Source: Eledone cirrhosa
Lineage: Eukaryota
Reading direction: 5' to 3'
Length of the DNA: 64,000 nucleotides
Assembly: GCA_964016885.1 (NCBI GenBank)
Contig: OZ024745.1
Location: forward strand, 56,296,001 to 56,360,000
The notes under the pieces were generated by a model. That model was not told where the DNA came from. It searched no databases and saw only the letters and a list, made by a program, of their open reading frames with translations. The position numbers and the translations under genes were made by a program. Shown one piece after another: positions 15,281-55,607 of this stretch. Position 1 is the stretch's first letter; each line of letters begins with the position of its first letter.

Positions 15281-15540
15281 TATTGAAAAAATATTGATAA
15301 AATATTGAAAAAATATTGAAAAAATATTGAAAAAACATATTGAAAAAATATTGAAAAAAATATTGAAAAAATATTGATAAAATATTGAAAAAATATTGAA
15401 AAAAAATATTGAAAAAATATTTTTAAAAATATTGAAAAAATTGAAAAAAATATTGAAAAAAATATTGAAAAGATTTTTAAAACAATTTTTTTAATCTTGA
15501 GAAAAATGTTAAAAAAAATTTTGAAAAAAAAAAAAAAAAA
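15281..15540 (+). repeat. 11-bp minisatellite (TATTGAAAAAA)n
   Basis: Direct read of about 18 or more tandem units that degrade into poly-A. Confidence 0.85.
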
Positions 15541-15636
15541 ACCTGAACTCAGAATAGCAAGGGCCATAACTCTATGCGTCAAAGCATGGCGTCCTACCCT
15601 CTACTGATACTGCCAATTCACTCTTTTAATAATAAT

Positions 15637-15710
15637 GCTGTGATATATATTTCAATGGCGACAGTGGCCACACTGATCTGTGCGCCAGTGTCGCGACATC
15701 GTCAGACAGC
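15637..15710 (-). ncRNA. Type I hammerhead ribozyme (family D)
   Basis: gctgt CTGACGA tgtcgcgacactggcgcacagatcagtgtggccactgtcgccatt GAAA tatata TC acagc. Confidence 0.78.
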
Positions 15711-17659
15711 TTGTTACATAATAAGGTTATGTTTCCGAGGCAATCCAAATTGAATCGACATGGGAACGGACGAAGTGTGTGCTTCTGGGTTCTTCATCCG
15801 TTCCAGTGAGTACCAATTCACCCCCACCGGTCTACGCAGGCGCAATTCCGAAGGAAGTTGACCATTAGCTACCGCAGATTTCAACGAAATTCGCTTAGTC
15901 AGTTCCCCCTCTCAGCCAAACAATGACCCATTCAGGCCTGTACCATAGTTTACTGCTACCCATCCCGTCTGTGGCAGTCAGCCGAAAGCCAGTGGGGATG
16001 GGAGAGTGTTAGTATTTACAGGTCTCAATACTTCCTCTCACCAAGCATGGACATTATAATTGAATATCAACTTCTAAGAGAAAATATACTTAATTCTAGG
16101 TATCATGGTTCCACATTGGAAGTTATGAGTGAGAGTTGGAAATTATAGCTAAAAATTAAAATTCAAAGTCGAAAATCCTAAATCAAATATCAGAAATTAG
16201 AAATTAAAAAATTAACAATTAGAAATTAAAAAATTTTTCAAGTGAGAATCCGGATTGAGGTGAGTAAAAAAATATAGATTGAAGTGAGTAAATAATACGC
16301 AGAGAGATGTTTAAGTAAGAAGTTCTGAGAGGGGTACTAATGTTATAGTAAATTACAGTATGAAAGGCAGTAGTTAACCGGGTACATAGTCATAATTTCC
16401 ATCACATGGAACAAAACAAAAAAAACAGATATAAAGTACACAAAAGAAAAACACATAGAGTACATATATGCAAGATGATCCATATGATTGTCAATTTGTC
16501 CATGTATAGATTGAATTGAGGGGGCTTCTGTTCAAATGGGATTTGGTGCAGGAAAATAGGGGTTTATCTTTGTTTTTGTTTCCGCGTAATTATCCTGCCG
16601 AAAGTTATTATTATGTCCGTCCAGTGTCAGGGGTTTCCATCCTCATGGTAGAGGGAATTTCCGGGTGTAGCTCGTGGTAGGTTACATCATAGAGCGCTCA
16701 ACTAATTGGAGCTAAATTCTTAGGGTAAATATTGATGCAATTCAATTCAAGCACTCAACGTACTTATTCCACTTAGGAGTGACAGAATAAATATTGAATA
16801 AGGAAAAGCGAAGTAGTTTCAGATGTTCAAGTCTTTTAATAAAATTGACAATCATATGGATCATCTTGCATATATGTACTCTATGTGTTTTTCTTTTGTG
16901 TACTTTATATCTGTTTTTGGGGTTTTGTTCCATCTGATGGAAATTATGACTATGTACCCGATTGACTACTGCCTTTTATACTGTAATTTACCCTGTATTT
17001 CTACTGTATGGTACTATCGTTCAGTATATAAATAATATAACTATAACTTCTTACTTAAACATCTCTCTGCGTATTATTTACTCACTTCAATCTATATTTT
17101 TTTACTCACCTCAATCCGGATTCTCACTTGAAAAATTTTTTAATTTCTAATTGTTCATTTTTTAATTTCTAATTTCTGATATTTGATTTGGGATTTTCGA
17201 TTTTGAATTTTAATTTTTAGTTATAATTTCCAACTCTCACTCATAATTTCCAATGTGAAACCATGATACCTAGAATTAAGTATATTTTCTCTTAGAGGTT
17301 GATGGTCAATTATACTGTTCATGCTTGGTGAGGGGTAGTATTGAGACCTGTAAATACTAACACTCTCCCATCCCCTCTGGCTTTCGGCTGACTGCCACAG
17401 ACGGGATGGGTAGCAGTAAACTATGGTACAGGCCTGAATGGGTCATTGTTTGACTGAGAGGGGGAACTGACTAAGTGAATTTCATTGAAATCTGCGGTAG
17501 CTAATGGTCAACTTCCTTCAGAACTGCGCCTGCGCAGACCGGTAGGGGTGAATTGATACTCACAGGGGAACGGATGAAGAACCCAAAAGCACACACTTCG
17601 TCCATCCCATGTCGATTCAATTTGGATTGCCTCGGAAACATAACCTTCTTATGTAACAA

Positions 17660-17733
17660 GCTGTCTGATGATGTCGCGACATTGGTGCACAGAACAGTGT
17701 GGCCACTGTCGCCATTGAAATATATGTCACAGC
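17660..17733 (+). ncRNA. Type I hammerhead ribozyme (family D)
   Basis: gctgt CTGATGA ...long stem II... GAAA tatatg TC acagc. Confidence 0.78.
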
Positions 17734-18750
17734 ATTATTATTAAAAGACTGGAACATCTGAAACTACTTCGCTTTTCCTTATTCGATATTTACTCCGTCA
17801 CTCCTATGTGGAATAATTACGTTGAGTGCTTGAATTGAATTGCATCAATGTTTACCCTAAGTATATATATATAAATATGCTTGTGTGCGTGTATCTATAT
17901 ATGTATGTTTGCATGCATATATATGTATGTTTGAATGAATACACTAAGCTTTAGATTTAGTAGAATGTACAACCACTGATTCCAGCTATTTGCACTATCA
18001 TATATTTTGGTTTCTATTCATTCCCTGGTGAATTGGTTGACCAAATGCTTTGCTTAATTGTTTTATTTATTTTCCAAAAAATTTATTCTTTCTCTTAGAC
18101 TTCAGATATTTTTTTAAAGGAAAGCATTTGCTCCTAAAATACTACAGCGGACCCTGCAATGCTACTGTGGACTTCTGCAATGATAGCATGGGCTCCTGGG
18201 GCCCACTTGCTATTGGACAACTGGTAACCTAGCCAGTCTGCCACTGCTTGTAGTCTACAGCTGTTTGGTAATTGAAGAAAAGTTGTGCAATTTACCATTA
18301 TTAAATAACAGGCACCATAAAGACATCAAGCCTATCATCAGTAGACATATTTTACTAAACACATAGATCTACCTGCAGCCATGCATTCAGTATCAAGTTT
18401 AAACTCACAAGCAGTTGAAGCTTAAGCAAAAGAATTTGGGTGGACCAACAGGAATATCTCAATACACAATCCAAGGCTTAAAGAAGATTACAACATTAAG
18501 TATTTCCACCTATTGAGACAAGACCCAAGAATGCAAAAAGTACTTGAAAGACAAAATAATCAACAGCTTTGCCTTTCATAATTATGGGGTAAATAAAATA
18601 AATAAAACACTAGTAATGAACTGAGGCCGATTTAATTCACCCCCCCCCCCCTTACTTTCAAATATACAGCTATGTGGGGTGATATATAATTCAAGTAAAA
18701 AATGTTGACTCAGACAAAGGTTGTATAAGGTAAGTATTTATTTGAGTTAA

Positions 18751-45611
<26,861 letters not shown>

Positions 45612-45715
45612 ATTTGCAAATTAAAAGTAGTTTATAATGTAGAGAAAATTTGAGAGTAAATATAAGGATGAGGTTTGAAATCGCTAGGAAACGTATGGTT
45701 TGATATTTTACCACT

Positions 45716-45744
45716 AAATATAGATTCACAAATTGTAGCCAATG
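45716..45744 (-). promoter_or_regulatory. Candidate core promoter (TATA-like plus reverse CCAAT) of the protease gene
   Basis: TATATTTA on the minus strand about 105 nt upstream of the ATG, with ATTGG about 20 nt further upstream. Such motifs are common by chance in AT-rich DNA. Confidence 0.25.
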
Positions 45745-46289
45745 AATGAAACACAGTGGCTAATTTTTAAATAAACCTTTGCATTGAATGTTTCCCTCAT
45801 TGTCTGTATATATATATATATTGCTTTTGGATGTGATTATGCCTATCAGTCGGTTTATGTGCTTGTCTACCTACTTATCTCTTTCCATATTTGTTCTCTA
45901 TGATTTGACAATAAACAGCTATTTCTCGTATGTAGAAAGATATAGGGATCAGCAAATCTGTACATTTGTCTGGCAATCCCTATACGTTCTCAGTAAATAT
46001 AAATTTCGACGCAAGTTTCCTTCATATACTATCATAGTTCAGCATTCAGTAAAATAATCTTGATATCATTTGATATACATTTACATATTACCTATCACAC
46101 CTACATTCCCTCCGACTGCGTGTATCTGTCTGTATAAGTGTGTGTGTGTGTCTGTGCGTGTGCGAAGGTATGTGTATTTGCGTGTATACGTGTTTATAAT
46201 ATATGTCGTTATGTATGTATGTATGTATGTATGTATGTATGTATGTATGTATGTATGTATGTATGTATGTATGTATGTATGTATATAAG

Positions 46290-46563
46290 AGAGTGGGACT
46301 GGTTTTGTGCAGTGCCTTTGCTCACTATAAAAGCTTCACGGCACAGGCATTGCTTTATATCTGGAGATCTCTCTGCACTTGTCGTCACATGGTACCATGG
46401 GCCCAGCACTATGTGTCAATAATTGTCACAAGTGTAGTATTTGTACCAGAGTTTTCAAGTCGCTGGCTGGACTAAAAAGTCACACTTTGTTCAGCGCATC
46501 GGTAGGGGTTCTCCTACATGGACATAAAGTAGTGGCCATACTCGAAAACGAGTTGGCAGCCAC

Positions 46564-46566
<3 letters not shown>
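46290..46566 (+). pseudogene. RTE-like LINE extreme 3' end with C2H2 finger remnant
   Basis: HKCSICTRVFKSLAGLKSH between (ATGT)n and (TA)n. Confidence 0.45.
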
Positions 46567-46624
<58 letters not shown>

Positions 46625-47018
46625 TGTATTTCCTATGTGTGAACCAGGCTTAAAGAAAAAAAATAAGCACTCAGTGAAGCCGTGTGTAAGTTTTTGTATC
46701 CATTCACCGATCCATACAACCAAAGCCTTTTAGTTAGATATCTTCAGATAAAATGCTTTGCGTGAAATATCAAATACCGAACTACAAAGTTCAAGAAAAT
46801 TGTATCCAAATGAATGTTCTCTTCGGCAACAAAAGCTATAAGTCTATCTGTGAACTGAAGTAGTGAATCTCGTTTTTATAGACTTACGTCACATCTTTCT
46901 TTGAAACATACCGAAAAAAAAACTAACTTTTTTCTTTCGAACCGCGTTCTATACCTTCTCTTTTCTCCCCGTCTAACTTCCCCTGTCTCTCCTTTCTCTC
47001 TCTCTCTCTCTCCCTCTC

Positions 47019-47097
<79 letters not shown>

Positions 47098-47118
47098 TTT
47101 TCTTTTCTTATATATATA

Positions 47119-47155
<37 letters not shown>

Positions 47156-47688
47156 TAATCATATCTATTCTTTTATCTCTCACTCACTCTCTTTTTCTCT
47201 TTATATACACACATATATATATATATATATATGTAAATATATACATACAGATAATACATAGTCATTCAGACATTCATTATACTTATATTAGTGTACACAG
47301 ACGCACACACAGTCACACCACACTCTCATACACTCGCCTGCACACAAGCACTCACACACACCTACATATATACATAGAGCCGATGATTAAATTTATTTCA
47401 ATGTATGCCTATGTATGTGTGAATATCATTTAAATTCAATATGATACAGGCATCGGAATGTGACTTGTGTAGCTTATAAGAGCTGCCGCTTCTTTGGGAT
47501 TAAAATACATTACTAAAAAAACATCACGGTTATTGTTAGAGTCGCAGTCTTAATCATGTTTGGCAAAGTTGTCTGTGTATTTTAACTTGGTTATATCATG
47601 GCAAGAAACTGCAACGTGACTACATACGGAGACATTGGTATTTGTAAGAGTGTCTTGTAAAACTAGGTGCTGTGAGGGGGTGAAATAT

Positions 47689-47780
<92 letters not shown>

Positions 47781-47835
47781 ACACACGCAACACATACACA
47801 ACATATATATATATATATATATATATCCATATATA

Positions 47836-48600
47836 CTAGCAGGAGTACCCGGTGTTGCCCGGGTTAAAGAAAATAGTGAAATTTTATTCAAAACTAGAAA
47901 TAGTTTCTTAATGCTTATTGTGATTATTCATTCTAATATTATTGGCATAACAGATTCTGTGAGATCAACAATAATAAATTTGAAATAGAAAACCCATAAA
48001 AGTAAATTATGATAAAAATTCAGTAAAGTTTTAGAACACCTCCGCGATTTTTGTTGGAAATAATTACTTTTCCTCGGTTTGCTCGTGAGCTATCAATTAA
48101 TCTAATATCCGACTACGCTACAAAGGAATTTCCCCCCGGAAAACGGAAGAAGAGAGAGCGGAGCCTCGGATTTTCGACTCACATGGAATTTTCTTTAAAA
48201 GAAAAATTAGTTTTTTTCGTGGGATTTCCTTCCGTTTTTCGAACTGGAGACGGATATTCTTTTGGAAAGGGGACAACTAAGGTAAAATTTCAATATCTAC
48301 GTGTGAGCTCGACATGCTAGAAATAGTAGTCAAATTTTTCCGTTCTTTGAAAAGGGAATTGTTGCGTGTTTGGAAAGTCAAATCCGTTTTCACGTAATTT
48401 GGAGGTCAGATTCATTGCCCTAGCTTTATGAGACTTTCTTCCAAATGAAGGTCTCTTTACCAAAACTTTGACTTGACCGTTAGTTTTGTTTCTTGTTGAC
48501 GAAAATTAGATGGAAGATGCAGTATGAGTGCGTTATCAGACACACAAACACACACTCTCTCACCCTCTCTCTCTTTCTTATATATATATATACATATTTG
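47836..48600 (-). mobile_element. Non-autonomous Helitron (3' terminus clear, 5' end approximate)
   Basis: Minus strand cccgg-gcaaca-ccggg hairpin, then tactcctg CTAG|T at 47836, which is the canonical Helitron 3' end. Confidence 0.55.
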
Positions 48601-49329
48601 AGTAATGCAAAATGGAATTGTAGAGCAATACTAGCTCTTTTGGCTGTTATTCTTCTACCAGAGAAAAGAGACTCGCTACACGAAATTTGTAGGTTCATCT
48701 CTTATAGATAGGCGGACCATTTGTTTATTGACTAAATCTATAATGCAGGTGATTATCAGAAGCTATGTAGCAGCTTAAAGGCTCACAAAAAAAGCATTAA
48801 AATCTGTGAAAGGGTTTTGGAATCCAGAACCATCCAGACTCAAAATTCCCAGAACAAATCAGTGTGCAGTACGGCAATCAAGTGCCTTCAAGATCTTTAT
48901 GACCTCTATAAATAAAAAGAGAAAGTTCAGCTTAGATGTATTTTGACTAACAAAATACAATAATTGTATATTATGCTATAATTATGTTAAATATTCCACA
49001 TTCTTTTTCTTTATATAGTCTTACTTATAGATGCAAGTTTCTAATTGTATATGCAAGTTTGTATGTTATGCCATAACTGTTAAATACGTTAAAAATACGT
49101 CATTAGCAAATTAAAAAATAAAGCCTCTGAAATATTTTATTTTTTTACCCTTATGGCGTACATGGTCAAGTCGAACTTTTAAGAAGTAAAACAAATTAAT
49201 GACTTTTTCATTACTGTTAAACTAAAGTTCATCGATTTATGACACAGGAACATAAGATTACAAAAAAGTCATAACCCTAATCAGACACACACACACACCC
49301 CACTCAAACATACATATATATCTTTAAAA

Positions 49330-51035
49330 ACATCGAGGAAAAAGTTTTGAAAACATTTCTAGTTAGATATTGGTAAAAAAGATGATTTTAAGAAAAAATG
49401 TTTAATACTTTTGAGAGAATATTTGTTGAAAATGTTTATAAAACTTTGGTGAAGTTTTAAAAAATAAACGTAGATGAAAGTTTTAAGAAAATATTATGAA
49501 AAACCTGGCAAAATTATTGGGAAGAATTTTCGATGAAATTTGTTTCGAAAATATTTTGTTAAAAGTTTAAAAGAAGTTTAAAAGAATTTCGAGGAAAATT
49601 TTTGAGAAAAATTATCAGAATAAATTTGATGAAATGTTTGGGATAAAATTCGAAAGATTTTAAGAGAAATGTTTAGCATTTTTTCAAAATATAAGAATAT
49701 TGAAGAATATTTTGAAGAAAGGCTTTAAATTTTTGAAAACATTTTGAAGAAAACTTTTTTGTGAAATCACGCGGAAAATTTTGATGAAATTCTTGAGAAA
49801 GTTTTGAGAAAATTTCAGTTAGATATTAGAAAAAAATTAAGATGATTAAAAAAAATGTTTATAGAAATGTTTTGTAACATTTTATTAAGGAGCGAAATGT
49901 TTGAAAATGTTTTCAAAATATTGTAGAAAATTTTGTGAGAAATGTTGGTGAAATATTTTCCAAAACATTTTGATAAAACTTTAAAGAATTTTTCAGAAAA
50001 ATTTTGATGGAATCTTTTAGAAAAGTGTCCAAAAATATTGAGAAAATTGTTTTAAAAAGATTTTTAAAAAGATTTTTTTTAAATGTAGAAAACTTCCGAG
50101 AAGTTTTGTTGAAATTTTATCGAAAACATTTTGAACAAATTTTATGGAAATTGAAAGGAAAATTTTTGGGAAAACTTTTCAGATAAATTTTGATGAATTT
50201 CTTTTTGAAAAGTTTCGAACATATTTAAGAGAAATGTTTGAAACAGTTTTTACAAATTTGCAGAAAATTTTGGTGAAATCTTTTCGAAAACATGTTGATA
50301 AAACTTTGGAGTAAATATAGGAGGGGAAATTTTGAGAAAACTTTTCCCGAAAATGTTGATGAAATTTTTTGGAAAAGTTTCGAAAGGTTTGAAATGTTTG
50401 AAAAGCTTTAAAACAAAATGCAGAAAATTTGGCGAGGAATTTTGGTGAAATATTTTCGGAAAATTTTGATAAATCTTCAGAGAAAATATGGAGGCAAACT
50501 TTTGATAAAAATTTTCAGAAAAATTTTGATGAATCTTTTTAGAAAGATTTCGAAAGATTTTGATAAAAATATTTTAAAAAAAAATGCTTTTTGGAAAAGT
50601 TTTGAAAGGTTTGAAATGTTTGAAAAGCTTTAAAACAAAATGTAGAAAATTTGAGGAGAAATTTTGGTAAATATTTTTTCGGAAACATTTTAATTAAACT
50701 TTAGAGAAAATATTGAGGGAAACTTTTGAGAAAATTTTTCAGAAATAATTTCATGAAATTCTTTAGAAATGTTCGAAAAATGTTTGATACAAGTATTAAA
50801 AAAATAATTTTAATATAACATTTTGTGAGACATTTTGGTGAAGTTTTTCGAAAGCATTTTGAAAGAAATTAAATGAAAATTTTTGAGAACATTTTTCAGA
50901 TAAATTTTGATGAATTTTTTGGGAAAAGTATCGAAAAAAAAAATTAAGAAAAACGTTTGAGAAGAGCTTCGGAAACGTTTTGATAAAAACGTAAAGGAAA
51001 TTTTGGGGAAAACGTTTAAGAAAAATTTAAGAAAA
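49330..51035 (+). repeat. Degenerate AT-rich minisatellite with ~11-12-bp periodic A/T tracts
   Basis: Recurring gaaaattttga / ttttgagaaaa-type units over 1.7 kb. Confidence 0.75.
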
Positions 51036-51091
51036 TTACACACACACATATATATATATGTGTATATATGTATATGTGAATACGTATATCT

Positions 51092-51152
<61 letters not shown>

Positions 51153-51196
51153 TATACGTATGTGTGCGTATGTATATATGTGTATGCATTTATATA

Positions 51197-51321
<125 letters not shown>

Positions 51322-51668
51322 TTATTTATTTATGTATTTATATTTATTTATTCTGCTTATACTTGTTCTGCTAACGTTGTGCGTTTAACTCTCATTAAAT
51401 ATTGGCGTCTCTATAATATTTAACATTGCACCTCTAAGCATCGAGAACACTTCGCTTCAGCTATTGGCGTCTAGTATACTATATCATAATTTTTTCTCTC
51501 TCCTCCACTCTTATGATACATGTCTCTTCTTTGTTATATATTTATATATATATATATAGGTATATATAGGTATATACATGTGTATTTATGTATGTATATG
51601 TATGTATATTCATGTATGTATATATATGTATGTATGTATATGTATGTATACTTATGAATGCAGTAATA

Positions 51669-51822
51669 CAGGTAAAATTCCGTTATAACAAATACCATTA
51701 TAACGAAATTTTTGTTTTAATCCCCGAGGTAATAACAAACAAACGCTCAGTTTGTGTCGGTCGATCTCGTTATAAAAAATTTCTTTATACCCCATGAATT
51801 TCGTTATAACGTAATTTCACTG
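51669..51822. mobile_element. MITE (pogo/Tigger-type TIRs)
   Basis: TA-CAGGTAAAATTCCGTTATAAC ... GTTATAACGTAATTTCACTG-TA. Confidence 0.65.
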
Positions 51823-51838
51823 TATAATACATCAATTA

Positions 51839-52237
51839 CTCTCGGGTCTCAAATAATCGTCCCCCACCGCCGCTTTTTATTTTTTCAATTTTTTCCACAT
51901 CCCCACTTGTTAAATTTGGCTAATTTATCTCTGACGAAATTTTATTTTATGTGGTTGCATTCCTACGACAACTAATTTTTTAGACACTAGAAAAAAATAG
52001 ACGATAAAAAATACATTACTCGAACTCCTATCTATATGTTACAAAATAAAATAAAATTGGGTTTTGAATATGTAAACTAAACGCCTAATTCTGATTTTAA
52101 AACAATCACTGGAGAAAACCTAGAGAAATTACAAAATTTTCACCACCCCAGCTGATGCCAACCCTCGCTTATTTCAACATCCTCGCTTTTTTAACTCACC
52201 ACGCTTACCCCACTTCCTAATATTTGGGACCCGAGAA
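51839..52237. mobile_element. MITE with ~17-bp TIRs and TA duplication
   Basis: TA-CTCTCGGGTCTCAAATA ... TATTTGGGACCCGAGAA-TA. Confidence 0.7.
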
Positions 52238-52466
52238 TAAATAAAAGATCTCTAACAGTATCATTTACAAATTACTCCGAAATTATGAAGGAAAATAAGT
52301 TTAATATAAGGGAAATAACTCATGATTACAAAATTAAATCTACTCAAAATGTGAAGCTGTCGTTTAAAGATTAGATTTTAAAAGTATATTATCAGTACGT
52401 TGTAATTACTTATATATATTTTATTTTCCTCTGATGTTTTAAGATTTTACATCATAATTCTTGCTA

Positions 52467-52605
52467 ATAATTGTTTCTACTTTTGGCACAAGGCCAGCAA
52501 TTACCCCAGTGTATTACGGGTGTTTTATTTTATCAACCCCGTAAGAATGAAAGGTAAATTAACCTCGTAAAGGGCCATAGCTCTATGCTGCATGGTGTCT
52601 GACGC
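52467..52605 (-). mobile_element. SINE family A, diverged
   Basis: Tail and core match family A. Confidence 0.7.
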
Positions 52606-52726
52606 TAATAATAATTTATTTTGCATTCCACAAAATTTAATACATGGCTTTCCAAACAAATTCCTAAAACCTATCTATCTATCTATCTATCTATCTATGT
52701 ATCTATCTATCTATCTATCTATCTAT

Positions 52727-53509
52727 CCATTTGGATAGCACTGGCCTGGCAGTGCTACCGAGGGGCTTTACCCGTTCGAGAAAGGCTCTACAGACACGGG
52801 CGCCCGGGTAGGGACCCCGCCAAAAAGATCTGTCCCAGATGCGTGTGCGACGAGGAAACCGTTGCACACGCATTGGTACACTGCTCGGGCGTAGCCGATC
52901 TGTGGGGCTATGTCGAACAACTGCTGTCAAGGGTGGGACCGATCCGGTTGACCACCGAGTCTATTGTAATGATCAAGCCGCCTCCCCCCTTCAAAGATGA
53001 AGCAGAGGCGGTGTTTCTGTGCGTAATAGCCATGGCGAAAGAGGTTGTATGGTGGACGCGTCTGAAAGGACTGAGGTCAGGCACCTTTCTCTCTGGCCAA
53101 CAACTGGTCCGTTTCTTCCGTTATCATTTCGGAAGAAGGATCAGGATGGAGAGAGAGGTGCTGCACCCCAGCCGTTTCTATGAAAGATGGGTGAAAGTGG
53201 CGAGAATGGCCCGTGTGAATGGGCCTTCACTCTACATCAGACTATAGGTGAGGAAGATGAAAGACCAAGGGAGCACCCCTTCTCTGTGCTCCTGAGGAGA
53301 AGGGTTGCACACTTTTTTCGGGGGTGTGTGCGACCCCCCAAGGCGCCTCCTCTCTATTGAGGATTTTGTTAAAAATTTTATTTTTTGTTATATCTTATTT
53401 TATTTTTATATTTTGTTATTGCCTCCTCCTTATTGAGGACGCCTTTTTGTGTAAACTCCCTCTTTGTACTTGTCCCACTTTTAATGCCCTAGTGGCAAAT
53501 AAAAGAAAC
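52727..53509 (+). mobile_element. 5'-truncated Tx1/L1-type LINE (C-terminal CCHC zinc domain plus 3' UTR) inserted in (ATCT)n
   Basis: Open frame LAWQCYRGALPVRERL...CPRC..DEETVAHALVHC...LW to the stop at 53247; 3' UTR with AATAAA; (CTAT)n on both flanks. Confidence 0.82.
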
Positions 53510-54231
53510 CTATCTATCTATCCATTTATCTATCTATCTCTCTATCTATCCATGTAACTATCTGCTTGACTGCCAGCTTGTCTATTCATAGGCTTGTGTG
53601 TACACAAGTATCGAATTTACAATTACAAGGGAACTAACTACTAAAGTTATCTCCCTGGTTATTGTAGTTTGTTTAAATTAAAGAGGTTCACATCACGATA
53701 TATATTTCAACTAATAGATTAAATTTTATTCAACAAATTCCAGTTAAACTATATAATATTTGCAATGAAAAAGGAAAATGAAAAAAATAAACATTGGAAG
53801 CAATAGGAATGTAGAAAAAAATTACAATGTATATGTGGCAAATTTCAAGGGAGATAACAAAAACATTTTATAACGTAAGAAATCAATGCCGAACGTGATG
53901 AATAGATATTTTTTCAGGCTGTACGTATTAGACATTTATTCCTCCGCACATCACAACACTTTATTCCCCTTACACATAGCATCGCGGCCCTACATTTCTT
54001 TTCACGGCGTATATTTGTTTACTTTATGAAAGGAAAGTTAGAAATTCCACAGACACACACACACAAGTGAGTACACAGACACACACATGCGCACATACAA
54101 GCACCCATGAGCACAGACACACATGTGGTCCCTTACACGCGCACACAAATTCTGTGTGACTACAAATTCAAGTACACATATGAGTATGTTTATATGTATA
54201 AATATATGTATGTATTTATGTATGAATGTGC

Positions 54232-54286
<55 letters not shown>

Positions 54287-54426
54287 AAAGTTATATTTAA
54301 ATTGTTGGGTTACAACGAGTAAATATTTATAACTGATATAAAAGCACTCAACAAATCAACTTTTCAAATGCAAGTCGATGTTGAAAGGTATGTCGAATCT
54401 ATTTATTTATAAGACTGTCTATATTG

Positions 54427-54492
54427 TATTTTGTCTGAAGAAGGCATAACATATTGTTAATATGATATCCCTGAAATATATATGATGAAATA
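54427..54492 (+). ncRNA. Type I hammerhead motif (family G), cleavage triplet mutated to ATG
   Basis: tattttgt CTGAAGA aggcataacatattgttaatatgatatccct GAAA tatata TG atgaaata. Confidence 0.62.
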
Positions 54493-54532
54493 AATATGGT
54501 TTTATAAATATAATTTCCATTTATTTAATATC

Positions 54533-54662
<130 letters not shown>

Positions 54663-54680
54663 CGGGTTGAATCGGAGGTA

Positions 54681-54847
54681 TAGAGTCGGACGCCATGCTT
54701 TCCAGCATAGTTACGTCCCTTTTACTGTCTGAGTTCAAATCCCGCCGAGGTTAACTTTGCCTTTCATCCTTACGGGGTCGATAAAATAAAGTACCAGTAA
54801 TGTACTGGTTAATTGCTGGCCTTGTGCCAAAAGTAGAAACAGTTATT
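54681..54847 (+). mobile_element. SINE family A
   Basis: Matches 56722-56910. Confidence 0.85.
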
Positions 54848-54949
54848 ATATATACCTCCGATATATAGGTAAGTTATTCCGGGTTGAATCGGAGGTAACC
54901 ACAGTAAGTAAAGTACTCAATACATACCAGAATATAAAAGTTTTAATAT

Positions 54950-55052
54950 AGATGAGATTCTACAGGACTAGAACTGTTTCATTCTTTAGAAATCATCAGG
55001 AATCTCTGATGATTTTTAAAGAATGAAACACTTCTAGTCCTGTAGAATCTCA

Positions 55053-55055
<3 letters not shown>
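54950..55055. repeat. Fold-back with two opposed truncated hammerhead cores
   Basis: CTGATGA ttt(c/t)taaagaat GAAA ca(g/c)tTC tagtcc on both strands, mirrored around aggaatctct; core resembles the 310-bp array HHR. Confidence 0.6.
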
Positions 55056-55103
<48 letters not shown>

Positions 55104-55533
55104 ACAGATGTGTCCCTGTATATGTCGTCTTTGTGTGTGCATGTGTGTGTGTGTGTGCGTATTTGTGTATGCGGTGATTCTACATTATAAACATTCGTGG
55201 GTGATATAAGTAATTAAAAGAAAGAAAGAAAAGCCTTGTCTTCTTTATGGTCCGGATGAGTTACCTCCCTTGTTTCATTTAATTACGTGCTATTCGTTTT
55301 TAGTTTCCGACACAGTAGAGAGATTGATGTACTAGCATAAAATACTGAAATGTTTCCCATCACCATTGCATCAGTTAAACTGATACGTTAAATTCATTAG
55401 ATAGGGTAATGAATTACATTACCCCAATATATGTTCACTCAAATTTATAGATACATTTTATATATATATATATATATATATAGTATAAAGAAAAGCGAAG
55501 TAGTTTCAGATGTTCAAATCCTTTAATAATAAT

Positions 55534-55607
55534 GCTGTGATATATATTTCAGTGACGACACTGGCCACACTGTTCTGTGTGCGAGTGTCGTGTCATCATC
55601 AGACAGC
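55534..55607 (-). ncRNA. Type I hammerhead ribozyme (family D)
   Basis: gctgt CTGATGA tgacacgacactcgcacacagaacagtgtggccagtgtcgtcact GAAA tatata TC acagc. Confidence 0.78.

Larger units (their letters stand above)
15622..17861. mobile_element. Large inverted pseudo-LTR structure, family D
   Basis: 15622-16500 is the reverse complement of about 16843-17745; 16721-16840 is the reverse complement of 17735-17861; HHR in each long arm; (TA)-rich right flank. Confidence 0.82.
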
